A stretch of DNA of 61,018 nt, filler included, from 9 parts of 9 records of this genome joined end to end with filler, not necessarily neighbours in it; one strand, 5' to 3'; counted from the first letter of the whole stretch, positions 36,067 through 49,427 are shown. Program-made: numbers and translations. Notes: generated from the letters alone by a model not told the origin.

Positions 36067-38728
36067 ATGCCCGACCTGATGATGGCGGTGCCCAGCCGGA
36101 CCAAGATCCGGACCGCCATGCCGGACCCGCCGCCCAAGGACGACGTGCTCTACCCGCTCGACTACATACAGCACCACGGCTACCGGGGCGGGGCCGATCA
36201 AATACGCCGCTGCTCGGACGACAAGGCACAGCCGGCCTCAGTAGCCAGGCCGAGCCGGCGGGGCAGGACCAGCGGTTCGCAGCCCAGGTTCTCGACAAGC
36301 TGATCAGCGACAAGCCCAAGAAGGCCCGGAAGCGAGATAAGTTCGGGGCGCTGCCGCTGCACCTGGCGGCCAAGGGCGACAAGTTCGCACCGGCCAACGT
36401 CGAAGCCCTGCTCAAGCACTTCCCCGGCGGTGGACACGACGGCCGACCGCGCGGCTCACTGGGCGCAGGCGCCGCTGTGCCGGACAACGATGGCTGGCTG
36501 CCGCTGCACTACGCTGCCACTAACCCGCGGTGCCGGGGCGGTTGGGGCCGGGCGAGTCTAGGGGCAGGATCGAGGCCATCGCGATGCTGCTCCAGGCCTA
36601 CCCGACCGCGGCCCGCGTCCGGAACCGGATGGGCGAGCTGCCGCTGCACTATGCTGCCGATTCGGAGGATTTCGACGCGGTAGCCGGAGGCGCCCTGGCT
36701 GGCTGAGCTCTCGCTGTGCAGCCCGAGACGGTGCGGCTGCTGCTCGAGTACTACCCGGACGGGGCGAAGGTGAAGAACCAGCTCGGGCGCACCCCGCTGA
36801 TGGTGGCGCCGCGCGACGGCGGCGGTGCTGATTGTTTGCTGCAGCAAGTGGTTAGCCGACAGAGCGGGTCGGATCAGAAAAGCAAGGTGGTGGCCCAACT
36901 GATCAAGGCGCACCCCGAGGGCTGTCTCGAGCGGGACCCGGTCGGCAACAGCACGACACTCGAGCTGCTGCTCACTAACTGGACAGAGGTGCCGGCTCCA
37001 ATCCGACTGCTGTAACCTGAGCTCAGGTGGCCAAATGCGAGGGGGCGATCCAGCTGCTGGAAGCCGCCCCGCAGCTGGCGCAGATCCCGTGCGCCACTGG
37101 GTCGGACACGCTGCCGCTGCACTTGGCTTGCTCGCTGGGTGAGGCGAGCCCGTGTCTCGGGAGTGACTGTGTGTAGGTGGGTTCCACTTTGAGCACGCGA
37201 TGCAGCTGATCGATGCTCTGGTGCAAGCGTACCCCGAGGCGGTGGAGCACATGGACGCGCACGGCAAGCTGCCGATTCACTATGCATGTGAGCTGCACGA
37301 CGGTGTGGTCGGGGCTGCGATTGTCAGGCAGCTGGTCAAAGGCGATCCAGATGGCGGACTGCAGGCGGCGGCGGTCCCGGACTCGGCGGGCAAGATGCCG
37401 CTGCACTATGCGTGCCAGTGGGAGCACCCGACGGGGATGGTGAAACACTTGCTCTTGCACCACCCTGACGCAGTGTGTCACGCCGATAACGACGGCAACC
37501 TGCCGGTGAACCTGCACTAGCACGCGGCCGCTCACAGCCCGGGCAGATCCACCACTCCGCGACCAACAAGGGCAAGCTCGCGCTGGAGACAGTGAGAGAA
37601 CTGCATCGGATATCTGGCTCCGGGATCTCGACGATCAACAAAGAGGGCCGGCTGCCTCTGCACCTGGCCTGCACCTCCACCGGTGTTTGCGCGCCGGAGC
37701 TGGTCGTCGCACTGCTCCGACTCTTCCCAGGTGCGGTTGTCTCTACTGCACGGTTTGCTGAGAGAAGGGGTTGGCAGAGGGTGCGTTGGTGAAGGACAGA
37801 GAGGATTTTTTCCCGATCCACTTGGCTGCGATGAACGAGAGCAGGGCCGGGGCCGAGATAGTAAACGAGCTGCTGCGGCCGGGGTACAACATGGAGTGCT
37901 GCGACAAGGAAGACCGGCAGGGGATGCTCCCGATCCATCTGGCCTGCCGCAACCACGGGTCGGTAGCGGGAGGCATGCTGCATGAGATGCTCCGAGTGCA
38001 TCCGGACGGAGTGCAGCACCGGGATCGGCATGATATGCTCCCGCTGCACCACGCCGTGGGCAACGAGTCCCCGCCGGCCATGGAGATGGTGGCCGCGTGC
38101 CTGCAAGCCTTCCCAGCGGGCGCCATGCTCGAGGACAGGCAGGGGATGCTCCCTCTGCACCATGCCGTGACCAACATGTGTCCCGACGGCACAGTGATCT
38201 GCCTCGCGGTGCTTGCCAAGGCGCCCGAGGCCGCGAACCACCAGGACCGGGAGGGCCGGGTGCCACTGCACTACGCGTGCCTGAGTGCCGACCCAATAGA
38301 GATTGTCGAGATGTTGCTTCGTGAATCCCCAGAGTGCGCCAGTGTGGCTGACATTAACGGAATGCTTCCGCTGCACTGGGCCGCCCGGAGCCAGCACGCC
38401 GAGGCCAAAGATCTAGTCGACATGCTGCTTTGTGTCAACCTGGAAGGTTTGGCTGAGCTGGTTTTGAGCGTGCACTGACTGGTTGGCTGCAGCGGCCCAG
38501 GCGGAGGACAAGGACGGCATGCTCCCCGTGCACTATGCATGCCAGAACAAGGGCCCGGCGGCGCCCAACTTCATGGACGCGCTGCTCACAGCGTTCCCAC
38601 AGGCTGTGGACCACGGGAAGCTCAAGGTGGAAAACGTGACCAGCACGATTGACTTCTCAAAGAGCAACATGCTCAATCAAGTGATCGAGGGCGCCCGGAT
38701 CCAGCAGACCCTGCAAAGCCTAGAGTGA
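36067..38728 (+). CDS. Multi-exon ankyrin-repeat protein (about 15 or more repeats of the D-x-x-G-x-LPLH-x-A type)
   Basis: Repeated GxLPLHxAC / LLxxxPxA units joined by about ten introns of roughly 40 nt. Confidence 0.9.
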
Positions 38729-38989
38729 GCCAGTGGCCGCTGCATACAGGGGCTCGATTAGTAGTCGCGATGGCAAGGTAGCCCGAACCGACTCAATGAG
38801 ATCATCCCAAAATGCTTAGAATACATGACAAAATTGTACTCACCAGGTACTTACGCGACGCGATGAATTGCTTGCCGTGCATAAGATAATTTGTAGGCGA
38901 AATAAGTACAAAGCCCCTAGCTGCCGAACGGACTAGTCGACCTTACGGCTGCCTAGTGGCCATGGACTTACCGAGGAACTCCTGCGTTT

Positions 38990-38999
38990 GTACTCGTAC
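38990..38999 (+). promoter_or_regulatory. Intergenic GTACTCGTAC motif (also at 45405-45414 and 52172-52181, reverse complement at 42959-42968)
   Basis: Four exact copies in AT-rich intergenic DNA of three contigs, plus near copies. Function is inferred only. Confidence 0.35.
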
Positions 39000-39083
39000 A
39001 ATGTCATGTACTTGTTAAATACCGCAGTCTACTGATCATGAGAACTGCGGAACTGAATGCAACAACGGCTTCCCGGTACCGGC

Positions 39084-40719
39084 ATGTTCCCCGCGCGCAT
39101 ACTCAAGTACGCCGCCCTCGCGTTCATGCTGAAGCTGCCAACGGCCAGCAGCAAGATCGACACCGTGGTGCTAACTGTAATCGACGGTGTCCAGCCGGCC
39201 CCGCCCGGGCCCAGTCCGGGGGCCAGACCTGGGCTCCGGCGATCTGGGGTTTGCCGGATCCGGGATCCGCACGCCCACCATCGATGAGCTGCGCGCCCGG
39301 GGCACGCTGCTCGACCGTTACCACGTCTACCGGGCGTGCTCTCCCACCCGAGCTGCGCTGCTCACCTCGAGGTTTGTGACAAGATATGGCCTGCAGAGCG
39401 GCGTGCTCGAGCCCGGCCAACCGTACGGGCTCGCATTGAACGAGACGCTGCTGCCGCAGCGACTGGCCGGGCTCCAGGACGGTTGGACCAGTCACGCGAT
39501 CGGCAAGTGGCACGTCGGCTGGTACAGCTGGGCGCACACTCCCACCTACCGCGGCTTCTCGTCCTATCTCGGATACTACAACGGCGGCGGTGACTATTAC
39601 TCGCATGTAGCGTACAACGGCGGGTTCGACATGCATGAGGCCAACCGGCCGCGCTGTGGGCCCAACTGCACAGTGGAGCGATGGGACACCCAGGGGACCT
39701 ACTCCACCCACCTGTTTACGGAGCGGGCCCAGCGGATAGTTGAGTCGGCCGGTCCGAGCGAGAAACTGTTTATATACCTGGCGTATCAAGGCGTGCACTG
39801 CCCAGCGCAAGTGCCAGACTCATACAAGGCCGGGTACAGCTTCGCGGATCCAGCTAGAAACACGTTCGCTGGTATGCTGACCGCAGTAGATGAGGGGCTG
39901 GCCAACCTTACAGCCACGCTCAAGCAGCAAGGCCGCGGGGAGTCGACCTTGTTTGTGTTCACCAGCGATAACGGCGCGCCCACTCCAGGTTGTGGCGGGG
40001 CACAAGGCGGGCAGAACTGGCCTCTCAGGGGTGGAAAGTGCAGCGCCTGGAGCGGCGGGAACATGGTGCCTTCTTTCGTGACTGGACCGGGGATTCTGCC
40101 CGGCCGCACGTTGAGTAATCTAGCGCACGCAGTCGACTGGGGTGTGACTATTCTCTCGCTGGTGGCTCACGCTAACGGCAACCGTCTCGCGAGTACAGCA
40201 GGCCTATCGTTGGACGGAGTTGACCACCGCAACGCGCTTCAGTCAGCAGAGCCGGTTGCACCGGGCCGCACCCATCTGCTGCTGGAGGCCGACCCGTACT
40301 CCACCGGCATGCCTGTGCCGGCTGGTCTGAGCTTCCCGGGAGATCAGCACGCCACGCCATACTACGCCATCAGGGATGCACAGTACAAGCTCATGCTGGG
40401 TGACCCAGGCCAGCCGGGCATCCTGGATGGCTGGTACTGCACTGGTCCGCCCTGCCCGGCCTCACACAACAACTCGGCAAACGCCAGTGCCGCCCCACAC
40501 TACAATGTAAGTTCAGTGACTCTATTCGATCTAGAGAGCGATCCGTCAGAGAGCATCAATGTGGCCAGAGCGCACCCCGAGGTCGTTGAACGATGGATGG
40601 CATTGCTGCTCAGCTACAACAGTTCGGCAGTGAGCAGTGCACAGCAAGGCATGCCAAGCGACCCTCAGGGCGCTCCAAAGCTACACAATGGCTCGTGCGT
40701 TCCTTGGGTAACACAGTAA
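39084..40719 (+). CDS. Formylglycine-dependent sulfatase (arylsulfatase B-like) with a probable signal peptide
   Basis: Intron 39187-39226 restores VIDDLG; CSPTRAALLT, IGKWHVG, FTSDNG, NWPLRGGK and LFDLESDPSE motifs. Confidence 0.94.
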
Positions 40720-40864
40720 TGAAACACACACGTTTAGAATCTTGACTCAAGTGGGTGTGACTGCGCAATACCTTCATGAACAGCACCGGTGGGGCGTCTG
40801 GGTTGACGGGCTTGGCGGGATGGTCTCAGTCGATCCGAGGCATCTCCGGCGGCGCAGAGAGGAT

Positions 40865-40964
40865 NNNNNNNNNNNNNNNNNNNNNNNNNNNNNNNNNNNN
40901 NNNNNNNNTTAATTAATTAANNNNNNNNNNNNNNNNNNNNNNNNNNNNNNNNNNNNNNNNNNNN
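40865..40964. other. Artificial contig spacer
   Basis: N44-TTAATTAATTAA-N44. Confidence 0.98.
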
Positions 40965-42201
40965 GCCCATCCCGCGCGCAGTGGTGCAGCACGCTCGACC
41001 CGTCCGCGTCCCGGGCGCAGAGCTGCTCCGCGGTGAGTCGGCTCCAGAGCGTTGGCTGGTCGGCCGCTCCAAACACAGCTGTCGCGTCCCACTCGGCCCC
41101 GGCCTCGAGCAGCAGCGTAGCCGCCTCCAGCCGGTCGCTCCCCTCCCCCCGGAGCGCGGCAGCCAGCGTCCCACGGCCCGGGGCGCACCCGTGCGCGAGC
41201 AGCACCTTGAGCGAGCCAAGGTCCGCCCGAGATGCCGCGGGCAGCACTGGATCCTCTGCTAGGTTGGAGCCGGCGCCCGCGTCGAGCAGCAGCTGGAGCA
41301 CTTCGGGCAGCCGGCGCTGGGCAGCCATCAGCACCGGCGGCTGGCCGGTGTCTGGGTCAGTCTGGTCTGGGTCGGCGCGCTGGGCGAGCAGCCAGCCGAC
41401 CATCGGGCCTGCCCGCTGGGTCGGAGCGAGGCAGCCAGCGCACAGAGGTGGGATGGACCCAGCCTGCCCGAGCACCGAGGCCCCAGCCAGCAGCAGCCGC
41501 TTGGCCGCGGCCAGCTCGCCCCGCTGGGCAGCGAGCGCCATCGGGGTGCGCGCCACCAGCTGACTGGCCGGGCAGCCCTCGTCCCAGCCGACCTGCCCGT
41601 CCGGCAGCGCGCCCTGCTCGAGCGCTAGATCGATCGCATCCAGCTGGCCTGCCTGCACCGCCAGCAGCAGCTTGACGCGCCGGTCGGCCTCCCACTCGGC
41701 GGTCAACTGGTGCCGGCCGCTCGCCCGTGAGTAGGTCTCGAAGGCCGGCACCCCGCGCTTGGCGGCCAGCACCGCCCCGAGCTGGGCAAGCGGGTGGTCC
41801 ATCTCGGGGGCGATGATCCGGCGGAGCACGGCCGCCCGCTGCTCGGCCACCAGGTACGGCTGCATGGCCCGGAGGAACTGCTCGAACTGGCCGCCGGGCT
41901 GGATCTGGCCAGCCAGCTCGGCCAGCTCGTCCGGCTCGAGCTCTATCTTGAGCGCCTGGAGCAGCAGGTCCAAGTGCTCGGCCCCCATCCGGCCGTACAC
42001 CCCGACCAGCTCCCAGGCCTCGCGCATCGTGTTCAGCTGGGCCAAGCTCACGCTGTGCAAAGCCGCCAGCTTCTCGTCGGGCGTCATCATCTCCTCCGCG
42101 GAGAGCTTGTAGCAGCCGGCGCCCCCGTCCGGCCGCCGGGTCAGGTGCCGCTCCCAGGCCTTCTCCGACCCGCACGAGAACCCACAGCTCCCACACTCCA
42201 T
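40965..42201 (-). CDS. 3'-partial protein with an N-terminal C2H2-like finger, degenerate EF-hand-like helices and ankyrin repeats
   Basis: MECGSCGFSCGSEKAWERH; TPMALAAQRGELAAAKRLLLAGA; GQPPVLMAAQR...LLLDAGA. Confidence 0.75.
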
Positions 42202-42415
42202 TCGACTGCCCGGTCTGTCCGGAGTCTGCCCCCGGTTCCGTTGGTGCGACTGCAGGTCGAGCCGTTGGAGGAGCTCAGTCCGGCGTCGAGAGCAAGGCGC
42301 TTGGGGTGAGGACCGGGGCAAGCCGACTGGCAAGCGACGGACGGCTCTGCGGGGGCTCGTAGGGTACAAGTCCAGCGCTCGACAACCGGTCGGTCGGTTT
42401 GTGGGGCACTGCGCG

Positions 42416-42853
42416 ATGCCCGTCAAGCCGCGCGCGGGCAACTCGGCCGGCAAGAAGCCGGTCCGGCCCCGGTGGCTCTCTTGCGAGTTCCAGCTGTTCG
42501 CCTCGTGCGCGGCGTTTAGCATCGCGGTGGCCACCTGCTCGATGTTCTTCTTGAGCAACGTCCCGGTGGCGCTGGCCGGAGTGTACGGCTGGCTGGTGCC
42601 TGGGTGGGGCTGCACCGGATGGCTGCACAAGGCGCTCAAAAAGTCGGGCGAGTTCGAAGGATTGCTAGAGCCGCAGCTAGACCACCAACCCGGGCAGGAC
42701 CGGCTGATCCTGACCCAGCCGTACCTGGCCTGCTTTAGCGGCACGATGGTGCTGTTTAGCATAAGCATGCGCTCGCTGCCGGTGCTCGGGATCGGGGCCG
42801 GGATGGTGCTCGGATGGAGCTGCTACGCGTACAACATTCTGGGCAAGGCCTAG
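42416..42853 (+). CDS. Small integral membrane protein of unknown function
   Basis: Open frame with 3-4 hydrophobic stretches, followed by AT-rich intergenic DNA. Confidence 0.55.
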   Translation: MPVKPRAGNSAGKKPVRPRWLSCEFQLFASCAAFSIAVATCSMFFLSNVPVALAGVYGWLVPGWGCTGWLHKALKKSGEFEGLLEPQLDHQPGQDRLILTQPYLACFSGTMVLFSISMRSLPVLGIGAGMVLGWSCYAYNILGKA

Positions 42854-43078
42854 CCGAATGAGCCAGCTCCTGGGCGCTCGCCCGGGCTGCTGGTTTCAGA
42901 TTCAAAGCTTGCGACCTGACTCGGATCTCACTGCCACCCCGGCAAATCTCTAGCTACGGTACGAGTACGTAATTAATTAATAAAGAACTGGCAGTTTTAA
43001 TGCTTTAATTTGGTGGTTGACGGGAACACGTGCTGATGTATCTGGCAATCGTACTGATCGGTCTTAAACCGGTCTTAC

Positions 43079-45239
43079 TCATTGGCCGATCTCGGCGGTC
43101 AGCTCGTCGATCTTCTTGGGCAGCAGGCTGATCATCTCTCGACACACCTCAAGCTCCGGCTCAAACCGGCCCTTGCACAGTTCCTGCGCCGTCCGTCAGC
43201 CCGCCTGTGGCCGGGCCGTGCCTGGTGCTTTAGGACGTAGCTGTCGATCCACTTGTACGCCTCGAGGCTCCGCACGAACGACTCTCGCATCCCAGTCGGG
43301 TTGCCCGCCAGCACCTGCCACTGGCTGGCCTGGCTGGCGAGCGGCCGGCGCCTTGCTGTGCATCCGAGCCAGGCTCAGATGCCCGGTGAGGAACCAATCG
43401 AGCTCGTCGGCCGGCACCGGGCCATCGGCCGGCTGGTTCAGGTGCCAGGTGGCCACAAACTCCTGAGCACGTTCAGCCGGCCCGGCCGGGCTGCTCGCCT
43501 GGTAGGCCGCGATCGCCTTGAGCGAGAGCGAGTTGAGCTTGTTGACCTGCGGCCGGGCTGTGCGGGCCGGAGCGGCTGGTTGCCTTGGGCTCTGTGAGTT
43601 GGCCTGTGGCTTGCGCCTGCGCGGCCTTGATCTCAAACATGCAGCTGTAGGTCTCGGCCAGCTCGAACCGGATCTGCTTGCACTGGAAGCTGTACACGCT
43701 CGGGTTGAGCTGGCCGGGGATCGGCTGGAGCGCGTCGATCCGCCGCTTGTGCATCTTGCACTGGTTGCTCGGATCCTGCTCAAAAAAGGCTAGCATCTGG
43801 CGCGCACTGAGCCCAGCCCGGCCGGCCAGCACCCGGAGCAGCCGGCTCTTGAGCTGCTGCAGCTCGATGAACCCTGAGACGTGCCCGTCGAGCACCAGCA
43901 CCTCGCCCGCCCCGGCCAGCCACTTGTTGGCCTGCTTGAACTGCCCAGCCTCACGCCCAGACCAGCCCTGGCTGCCCACCGCGGCCAGCGCCGAGCTGTA
44001 GTCCTCCACCGCAGCGGTCCCGGCCCCGCCCGGCAAGTCCATCCCGAACCGGAGCCCCTGGCTGGGCTCGGGCCGGCAGCCTGGGCGGGGTGCCTGGTCT
44101 AGCAGCTTGGATGGTGGCTCAAGCTCCTGCCCGTCCACCGTCTGCTTGAACGAGACCCGCTCCTCGTGCTTGGCCCGTTGGTCGGCCGGCAGCTTGCTCA
44201 GCTGGCGGTCCATCCCGTCGGCCATCACCTGCCTCCCCGGTTGAGAGCCTCAACACAACCCTAAAGTCCACCTCCACAAAGTACCGCCCGTACGCCAGCT
44301 GGAGCCCGGCCCGCTCCTGCCCAGGGCTGGCCGCCCCCCCGGCAGCGGCTCGCCTCGGGGTCGGCCTCGGGGGTGAGGGTCTGCCAGGCGCACCGGAGGC
44401 AGTGCTCGGCCGCCTGGTATGCCTTGCCCCGCTGATAGTAATCGGCCAGCCGGGCGCAGTTGCGCGACCACTCAGTCGGGTCGAGCTGGCCGCCCAGGCC
44501 CTGCGCCGGCTTAGGCGGCCCGGCTTGGCGCTGGCACCTCGAGTTGGCGCTGGAGAGTGTAGTGGATGCACCGGGCCGCCTCCGCCGTATTCTCCGCGTG
44601 CGTGTACGCCTGGGCCAAGTAGTAGAGCGTGAGCGTGTGCTTCTGCTCGCTGCTCTCGGAGTGCTGGTCGGCCAGCTCGTACACCGCCTTGGCCCGCAGC
44701 AGGAACTCGGTCGCCTTGGCCACCTCGCCCAGCTCGCACCAGACGATCCCAAGCAGGTTAGCGCCCTCCTGCCCCGCAGCTCGCCCCAGCCCCTGCAGCC
44801 CGGCGCCTGCAGCTCCTCGTACATCTCCCGCGCCTCGAACCGGGCCACCGCCTTCTCGAGCAGCTTGGCCCCGGCCTGCCCGCCGTGCCGGCCGGACGGT
44901 CGGGCGGGCACCGACGCCTCCTCGGTCTCGTGCCGGTTGGCCCCGAGCTTGAGCTGGCAGCAGGCCACCTTGTCCAGCAGCGTCTCCCGCTGGTGCGACG
45001 GCCCGCTCCCGGGCGCCAGCGCGGCCTGGGTCTCTTCGAGCCATCCCTCCTGCGCGCGGCTCGGCCGGCCGGGTGGCCGTAGGCACCATCAGGGCTCTAG
45101 CTTCGTATTTGGACTTGTAAGGCTCGGTCTCCGGGTCCTGGACCGCGCAGAGCGTCTCGTACTGCTTGATCATCCCGCGGTACCCCAGGTAGCACCCCTC
45201 AAGCGCATCTTCGACCGGATTGGCCGACGGCTCCCCCAT
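43079..45239 (-). CDS. KIFBP: KIF-binding protein (KBP)
   Basis: DPETEPYKSKYEAR, HTLTLYYLAQAY, HYTLQRQL, LDGHVSGFIEL, CKMHKRRIDAL, ELAETY and ELEVCREMISLLP match KBP. About ten micro-introns, including GC-AG at 44317-44353 and 44769-44806. Confidence 0.92.
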
Positions 45240-45553
45240 GCTCAAAAATGTCCGTTACTGTGGTACTTCAGAAATTGCGAAGCTTTGCTCGTACTTGTTC
45301 GTGTGCATGGGCCAATTCAGTTGAAAAGATGAGAATATTTCGTATAGTACACGTTTATGAAATAATTGATGCGTAGACTAAATGGAATTTCTGGTACAAT
45401 ACTGGTACTCGTACAATGGTTGTCTGGGTATGGGAGTAGTATGGGAGCGTCGTACGAGCTTAGCTCTAGTTGCTAGTTGTAACAAGAGCGCACGCATTGC
45501 ATAGATGCCGAGAGCCCCGCGATACGGCTTGCTCGGGCTCAGAGGTTTGAGGC

Positions 45554-47938
45554 TTAGGCCCGGGCCCTGCTCGAGGTGGGCGTCAGATTTCTTGTGTAGT
45601 AGGCCTAAGACCGGCTGTGGTCAGTTAGGTTGCAGGCAGGCTGACACCTGGAATTCTAGCTCCTTGATCCTGACCGCCTCGGCGTAGTCGCGCAGCTTGC
45701 TGAACGCCTTGTACATCTTGTCGCCCCGCCATCGGTACGTCATCTGCCCAGGCTCAGCCCCGCCCGGACGGCTTTTCACCCTCTTGAGTGCCATCTTGTT
45801 CCGGCGCAGGATCCCGGTCTGGTCTCGCCACCGGTTCATAGCCCGGGCCAGGCCCTGGCTCAGCCAGTAGTTGGCCGCCTTGAGCATCTTCCGACGGAGC
45901 GCCGCCTCGTCCTCGCCGCTCTTGCGCACCTGGCTGGCGGCCCTATCGTTGAGCATTCTCTCGAGCTCAGCGATCCGCCGCTTCAGTCGTTCGATCTCGT
46001 CGGCCTGCTGCCCGATCTTGTCATCCTTCCGACCGAGCTCCTTCCGCAGCCTCTCGAGTTCCTTCTGCAGGCGGTCGTTGTCCCGCTGCAGAGCGCTCAG
46101 CTCCTTGGCCGAGCCGCCGGCCGCAGCGAGATCCCTCTCGAGTTGGCTCACCCGCCGCCGCAAATCGTCCAGCTCGCGCTGCAGATCGTTCGCCCGCTTC
46201 CGCTCGTTCTCCTCGGCCTTCTCGGCCCGGGCTTGCATGTTCTCGGCCCGGGATGCGCGCGAGGTCTCGTCGCGGAGCTTGGCGCGCAGCTCGGCTAGCT
46301 CCTTGTCGCTTGCCCCGGCGTTCTTCATCTTGTTCCGCAGCTCGTTCAGCTCGCGCTTGAGTGCGTCCAGCTCGGCCCGCAGCTCGTCCGCCCGCTTCTG
46401 GTGCCGGTTGGCGTCGGTCTCGGCCCGCCTGCACGCGTTCTCGGACTCCTTGAGCTGCCGTTTGAGCTCGGCCAGCTCGCGGCCTGTGCCCTCCATCCCG
46501 GCCAGCCGGTCGCGCAGCCCGTTCATCTCGCGCTTGAGTGCCTCGAGCTCGCGATGCAGCTCCTCCGCCCGCTTCTGGTGCCGGCTGGCGTCGGTCTCGG
46601 CCCTGGACCGGCCGGTCTCGGCCTCCTTGAGCAGCTTCTTGAGCTCGTTCAGCTCGCGGGCCGACACCTGGTTCCGCCTGAGCTCTTCAAGCTGCCGCTG
46701 CAGGTCGTCCGCGCGCTCCTTCTGCCGGCTGGCCTTCTCGGCCTCGTCGCGCAGCTTGCGCTTCTGTTCGTCCAGCTGGGCCTCGAGCTCGAACTTGACA
46801 TCGTCCAGCTTCTTCTCGGCGCGTGCTGCCCGCTGAGTCTCCTCGCGTACCCGCAGTCGGAGCTCCGCGAGCTCCTTCTCCATCCCCTCGCTGTTCTTGA
46901 GCCGGTTGCGCAGGTCGTTCAGCTCGCGCTGCAGCTCGGCCGCCTTGGCCCGCTGGGCGGCCTCCTCTCGCTCGCTCCGAGCCAGGTTTGTCTCGGCCTT
47001 GGATCGAGCGGCCGCTTCGTCACGCAGCTTGGAGCGCAGCTCGGCCAGCTCCTTCTCCAGCTCGCCGCACCGCCGCCGCTCCCGGTCGGCCTCCTGCGCG
47101 GCTTTGGCGGCCTTGCTCCGCTCGGCGGCTAGCTCGTCCCGCAGCCTGGCGATTTCGTCGTTCAGGCGCGCCAACTCCTTGCTGCCACAAGGCTCAGCCC
47201 AGCCCCACCCGGCCGGCCACCGGGCGATCCGGAGCTCGCGCTCAAGGTCGTCGACCTGTTTGGCGAGCGCCTCGTTGGCGTTGGCCTCCTTGAGTTTGGC
47301 CTCGAGCTCCGCGATCTTGAGCAGCGCCTTGGCCAGCTTGGCCTCGGCGTAACGGACGGCCTCCTTGAGCCGGTCCTCCACCCGCTTGACCAGCGCCACC
47401 CGGGCCCCCTTGATCTTGGCAATCTCCCGCCAGTGGCTCAACGCGCTGCAAACTGGTCGGCCCCGCCCAGGTCGGCTGGCGCACCCGGCGATCCCGGTGG
47501 GCCGCAGAGGAGTCTGCATGCCGCGCTTGCGGCGCATGTGCCGGTTCCAGATTTTGTAAGCATCGAGCAGTGTGCGCTGGGTATGGTGGAGCACTGTCCA
47601 CATGTGCACCACCTCGGAGCCCTGCCCGCCGGTTGGGCGGCAGAGCGGCTCGTCGCACCATGAGCAGCTCCCGGTTGGAGTGGTAGGTGCTGGACAGGTG
47701 GGACAGGGTGGCTTGGTAACGGAGCTCCGCATGCGCCGACTTGGCCTCCCCACTCGATACCCCGGCGGCCAGCGCATCAATGAAGTTGAGCCCCTCTTGT
47801 AGACCCATCTGGGGCTCTCTCGAGCGCGAGCGCGAGGGCTCTCTCTGGACCTGTCGGCCCGGCCTGGGCTTGGCCAGCGGCTTAACGAGCCACCTCGGCG
47901 TATCGGGAGAAGCTGGCACTTGATCTCTTGTCCCGCAT
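45554..47938 (-). CDS. Coiled-coil protein with about 50-aa internal repeats flanked by Trp-containing (Sfi1-like) motifs
   Basis: KELAELRxKLRDExxRAxRAE repeats; LLDAYKIW, ALSHWR and LARAMNRWR motifs; several 36-43 nt introns. Termini are inferred from splice sites. Confidence 0.7.
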
Positions 47939-47985
47939 GGTTCGAGCGAGGCTCAGAGCACGCAAGGAGACGGGCCGCGTGGACG

Positions 47986-48085
47986 NNNNNNNNNNNNNNN
48001 NNNNNNNNNNNNNNNNNNNNNNNNNNNNNTTAATTAATTAANNNNNNNNNNNNNNNNNNNNNNNNNNNNNNNNNNNNNNNNNNNN
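47986..48085. other. Artificial contig spacer
   Basis: N44-TTAATTAATTAA-N44. Confidence 0.98.
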
Positions 48086-49326
48086 CCTCCTCCTCCTCGC
48101 TGCCGGGACAGTCACAGCTAGGCGGACAGTCTGCGTTAGACCTGCCGTCCGAGCCCTGGTCGAAGCCGCCGGCCAACACAATCTCTATGCTGCTTCCGGC
48201 CGTTTCTAGCAGCAGCTCGCCCTGCTCGTCCAGCTGGTGACGCCGGGCGCAGCAACCGCTCGGCCCGGAGCTGCTCCCGAGCTGGAGCACCGACTGGCCG
48301 CAGCACGGGTAGCAATTGCCGCTGCCAAAGCTCGGCGGCTCCGGGTGGTAGGCACAGCAGTCCAACTCGTTCAGCTGGAAGACGCAGCTGCAGCTGCGGC
48401 AGCGCGCGCTGTGCACCGCTCCCCACAGCCGCCAGTACACTTGCTGCCAGGAGCCGGTCTGGTGCCTGAGCTGCGACACCAGCCTGTTCACGTCCCAGCC
48501 TGGCTCCGGGGTGTGCCTCTGCACTGTGTGACCTGCACTCGCCTCACACCAGCCCATGGCCAGCTGTCGCCTCTAAAGTCGACCTTGGCCTCGCCCATCG
48601 AGCAGAGCAGGTGTGGCAGCTGGGCCGCGGTGAATAGCTTCCGGCACCGGCTGCACCTGACCGCCCCAGCTGCCGCGCGCCCACCGCCCAGCACCTGCGC
48701 AGGTCGTGCTCGAGCATCAGCCGCTCTATGTGCGACCGCCACAGCCGCCCGACCAGCCGGTCCTTCCTGTCCACCACCTGCCCGTCCCGCTCGACCGGGC
48801 TGGGCCCCGAGGGGGTGCCTTGTCCAACTCGCCGACGGTGAACTGGTCGGCGATCTTGTCGCTCAGCTCCGACGAGACGCAGCCGAGGTCCAGCGGGACC
48901 CGGACCACCTCCTGGATGTGCTTGTGCACGTACTGGACGCACAGCCCGACCAGCTCGGCCATCTGGAGGAATTGGGACGAGACCATGATCGAGACCACCG
49001 ACTGCGGGCTGAGCTCCGGCGGCTGCTCCGGGCTGTTGACCCACTGGATCAGCCACTCGAAGATCTGCACGTCGCAGTGTACCTCGATGTCCACCTGGCC
49101 CGGCCCGGTCGCCCGGCAGCGCGGAGGCTGGCACATCGTCCCGGGCAGAGACGTCGGCCAGGTAGTCGCGAAAGTAGAGCATCCGGGAGACCAGCTTGGC
49201 CCGGTCCACAACGAACTGGCGGGTCGTGTTCCGGCGCTCGTCAAACACCCGGATCACCACGCTCAGCGCGCCGGGCGAGCCCGCCGCCCGCACGGCCGGA
49301 GTCGGGGCGCCCGTCGGACTCTGCAT
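48086..49326 (-). CDS. SANBR: SANBR/KIAA1841 (DUF3342, BTB-like) homologue, 3'-partial
   Basis: VIRVFDE...MLYFRDYL, IEVHCDVQIFEWL, VVSIMVSSQFLQM, VYWRLWG, CRSC and YPCCG motifs; GC-AG intron 48778-48818. Confidence 0.88.
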
Positions 49327-49427
49327 CCCGGGCTGGCCCTCTCAAAAATCTGGGACCGGCGGGGGGACTGGCCGTGCCGACGGACTGGCGTGCCTCTTCG
49401 TGCTCTCGTGCTCTTCGTGTCAAGAGG

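Noticed and set aside
36226-36266. Another possible GC-AG intron in the ankyrin gene
   Set aside because: An in-phase GT donor at 36241 (26-nt intron) also works, so it was not counted as evidence.
42202-42768. N-terminal extension of the 619-aa minus-strand ORF
   Set aside because: It overlaps the plus-strand membrane protein gene and has low-information composition; the likely start is ATG 42201.
48237-49427. Long N-terminal extension of the 759-aa MARCH ORF
   Set aside because: It is GC-rich antisense read-through over the SANBR gene; the plausible start is ATG 49428.
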